Assembly (NCBI GenBank): GCA_049517335.1
Contig: JBEKSD010000002.1
Location: forward strand, 32,001 to 96,000
From: Candidatus Omnitrophota bacterium
GTDB taxonomy: Bacteria; Omnitrophota; Gorgyraeia; Gygaellales; Profunditerraquicolaceae
Direction of reading: 5' to 3'
Length of the DNA stretch: 64,000 nucleotides
Positions 61,807 through 64,000 of the stretch are shown here, piece after piece (position 1 is the stretch's first letter; each line of letters opens with the position of its first letter). Under the pieces are notes generated by a model that worked only from the letters and a program-made list of their open reading frames with translations, did not search any database and was not told where the DNA came from. The translations under genes were made by a program, and so were the position numbers.

Positions 61807-62327
61807 GCCCTAAAATCAACTTAAAAGGAATAATAAGGAATATCCCGGATTTCCCCAAGCCTGGAATTTTATTTTATGACATCACAACCCTGCTCAACGA
61901 TAGAAAGGCACTTAAATACGCAGTTAATGAATTAGTAAAAAAATTTAAAAGTAAAAGAATAGATAAAGTGGTTGCCGTTGAAGCAAGGGGTTTTATTTTC
62001 GGGGGAGCGATTGCGCACCAACTGAACGCGGGATTTGTCCCAGTCAGAAAAAAAGGAAAACTCCCGTGGAAAACCAATTCGGCAACTTATGCATTAGAAT
62101 ACGGGACAGATACCCTTTATATGCATAATGACGCCATAAAGCCTAAAGACAATATTCTAATCGTTGATGACCTGTTGGCAACCGGCGGCACGATTAAAGC
62201 AGTAACGGATTTAGTTAACCAGCTAAAAGGTAATATAAAAGGGATAATTTTCCTCATTGAGCTGCTGGATTTAAAAGGTAAAGAAAAGCTTAAAGGTTAT
62301 CCGGTATTTTCTTTGATAAAATATTAA
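61803..62327 (+). CDS. apt: Adenine phosphoribosyltransferase
   Basis: [33 protein letters not shown]. Confidence 0.97.
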   Translation: MSPKINLKGIIRNIPDFPKPGILFYDITTLLNDRKALKYAVNELVKKFKSKRIDKVVAVEARGFIFGGAIAHQLNAGFVPVRKKGKLPWKTNSATYALEYGTDTLYMHNDAIKPKDNILIVDDLLATGGTIKAVTDLVNQLKGNIKGIIFLIELLDLKGKEKLKGYPVFSLIKY

Positions 62328-62361
62328 GCAAAATTCTGCAAATCGGAGGTGGAGGTACCCA

Positions 62362-62643
62362 GCCTATGTTGGCAATAATAATTACCGGACGCCCCTTATT
62401 TCGCCTATTTACGCTGATTTATCCGGATTACCCCCTATGCTCATCCAGGTTGGTGAATGGGAAATTTTGTTAAGTGGTGATTCCACCCAGCTGGCGGAGC
62501 GGGCCCGTAATGCCGGAGTTGATGTAACGCTAGAGGTGTGGGATTGTATGTGACATGTATGGTATTACTTTACGCCCTATGTACCCGAGAGCAAGCGTGC
62601 CATTAAGAAAATTGGAGAGTTTCTACGTAGCCATATAGACTAA
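62362..62643 (+). pseudogene. Alpha/beta-hydrolase (HSL-type esterase) C-terminal remnant with in-frame TGA
   Basis: [54 protein letters not shown]; TGA at 62551-62553; N-terminal half missing. Confidence 0.8.
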
Positions 62644-62743
62644 ACCTGATACGTAAATCAGTTTAAGATAGCCCATGCATCAAAGGCGAGAAAAAGAATT
62701 AAAATCAGGTCAGGGTAGGGAATATTTAAAAATTATTTTATCT

Positions 62744-62817
62744 GCGCCTATAGCTCATAAGGATAGAGCAGCAGTTTCCTAAACTGCGTGCGGCAGGTTC
62801 GATTCCTGCTAGGCGCA
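62744..62817 (+). tRNA. tRNA-Arg(CCT)
   Basis: GCGCCTA/TAGGCGC acceptor, GCAGT-TT-CCT-AA-ACTGC, TTCGATT. Confidence 0.93.
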
Positions 62818-62828
62818 TCTATTTATCT

Positions 62829-63479
62829 ATGTATAACTTACACACCCATACATTATTAAGCGATGGGGTATTACTTCCTTCGGAAGTCGCGGTGCGTTAT
62901 CTTGATAAGGGCTATAAGGTAATCGCGATAACCGACCACGCTGATTACTGTAACATTAAACCCCTAATAAACGCCGTTACCGCTTTCTGCAGCCATTGGC
63001 CCAAAAATTCCGGCATAACCGTCCTACCCGGCATTGAGTTAACCCATATCCCTCCCGAACAATTTAAGCCTCTGGCTAAATACGCGCGAAAAAACGGGAT
63101 TAAGGTAATTGTCGCTCACGGCGAAACTACAATGGAGCCGGTAATAACGGGAACTAACCGCGCAGCGATTATGTCCGATATTGATATCCTCGCGCACCCC
63201 GGATTAATAAACGATGGAGACACACTGCTTGCAAAGGAGAGAAATATTTTTTTGGAACTAACCAGCCGCAGAGGGCATTCAGATACCAATAATCACGTGG
63301 CAAAACAGGCGTTAAAACACGGTGTAAAACTGATATTGAATAATGACAGTCATGAACCGCAAGATATAATCACGCCTGAAGAATTAGCCGAAATAGGGAC
63401 TAATTCGGGAGTCAGTAAAGAGGGTATTGATATTATATATAGGAACATAGAAGAATTTATAAAAAGGAGGAAAGGATAG
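62829..63479 (+). CDS. PHP-family phosphoesterase (histidinol-phosphatase-like)
   Basis: LHTHT..SDG, ITDH, G.ELTH, AHGET, AHPG, DSH. Confidence 0.88.
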   Translation: MYNLHTHTLLSDGVLLPSEVAVRYLDKGYKVIAITDHADYCNIKPLINAVTAFCSHWPKNSGITVLPGIELTHIPPEQFKPLAKYARKNGIKVIVAHGETTMEPVITGTNRAAIMSDIDILAHPGLINDGDTLLAKERNIFLELTSRRGHSDTNNHVAKQALKHGVKLILNNDSHEPQDIITPEELAEIGTNSGVSKEGIDIIYRNIEEFIKRRKG

Positions 63480-63480
63480 G

Positions 63481-63945
63481 ATGAAACGAAAAAATATAGT
63501 TCTCGTATTTGTGTCTTTGTGTGTCCTCGTGTTCGCCGGGTGCGCCATGATGCAGCAGGATAAATCCTTAAGCTCTAGTACCTCAACATTAGAGCCGCAG
63601 GCAATGATTAAATTTCCCGATGTCCCTGTTCCCAGCGGTTTCAAAAGCCTACCTAGCCAGTCATATTCCTTTGAAAGCTCGGGCGTGCGGGTCGGAGTCT
63701 TAAAATTCCAGGGAAAAGCTGAAATAGACCAAATCGTGAATTTTTACAAAGAACAGATGGTAATGTATAACTGGAATCTGCTGAATGTAATTGAATACGG
63801 GGACCGCCTCTTGAATTTTGACCGCGAAAATGAAACCTGCGTCATTACCCTGATACCGAAAGGAAAAACGGTTATAATTACTGTTTCTTTGGGGCCGAAA
63901 TCGCAGGCAGTTACTAAAAAAACGAAGAAAGAACCGGTAAAATAA
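63481..63945 (+). CDS. Hypothetical lipoprotein
   Basis: Signal peptide with FAGC lipobox; F.D.PVP.GF motif. Confidence 0.75.
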   Translation: MKRKNIVLVFVSLCVLVFAGCAMMQQDKSLSSSTSTLEPQAMIKFPDVPVPSGFKSLPSQSYSFESSGVRVGVLKFQGKAEIDQIVNFYKEQMVMYNWNLLNVIEYGDRLLNFDRENETCVITLIPKGKTVIITVSLGPKSQAVTKKTKKEPVK

Positions 63946-64000
63946 TATAAGGTGAGAGAAGCGTAAAAAACTCTTGACAAACATAGAGTTATGTGATAAA

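Noticed and set aside
62551-62553. In-frame TGA as evidence of recoding (Trp/Gly/Sec)
   Set aside because: TGA is a normal stop for acsE, dgkA, acpS, guaB and mgtA here, and the fragment also lacks its N-terminal half
63974-64000. Probable promoter (TTGACA...) for the next gene
   Set aside because: The -10 box is truncated by the window edge, so it cannot be confirmed

Overview
Core-genome segment of an anaerobic bacterium; gene content and order suggest Candidatus Omnitrophota (inference, not verified). Every supported CDS and all 6 tRNAs lie on the + strand; the minus-strand ORFs are antisense shadows. In order: MgtC C-terminus; a bactofilin-HTH fusion with an HTH-membrane partner; larB-fmdE plus a partial Wood-Ljungdahl cluster (acsC, RACo, cooC/acsF, acsD, acsE; no acsB or cooS in the window); tRNA-Met; tilS-ftsH-folP-cdaA-(mini cdaR)-pdxJ-acpS-nnrD; tRNA Thr/Tyr/Gly; divergent thyA; PilZ proteins; Thr/Ile biosynthesis; valS, nadC, uvrB, coaX, pilin; CIRCE-groESL; guaBA; dnaE; HU; hisS, short aspS; phoH-HD-ybeY-recO; polX; nfnA-mgtA-nfnB; glyQS, ppdK, sigma factor, apt; an esterase pseudogene; tRNA-Arg. 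The most notable item missing from the ORF track is a complete micro transcription unit (sigma70 promoter, strong RBS, terminator-like hairpin) encoding the 12-aa peptide MCKTCGCRKKPK, which is essentially the HypB-type CxxCGC nickel motif alone, just downstream of nickel-related genes. No CRISPR array, rRNA, transposase or prophage was seen.
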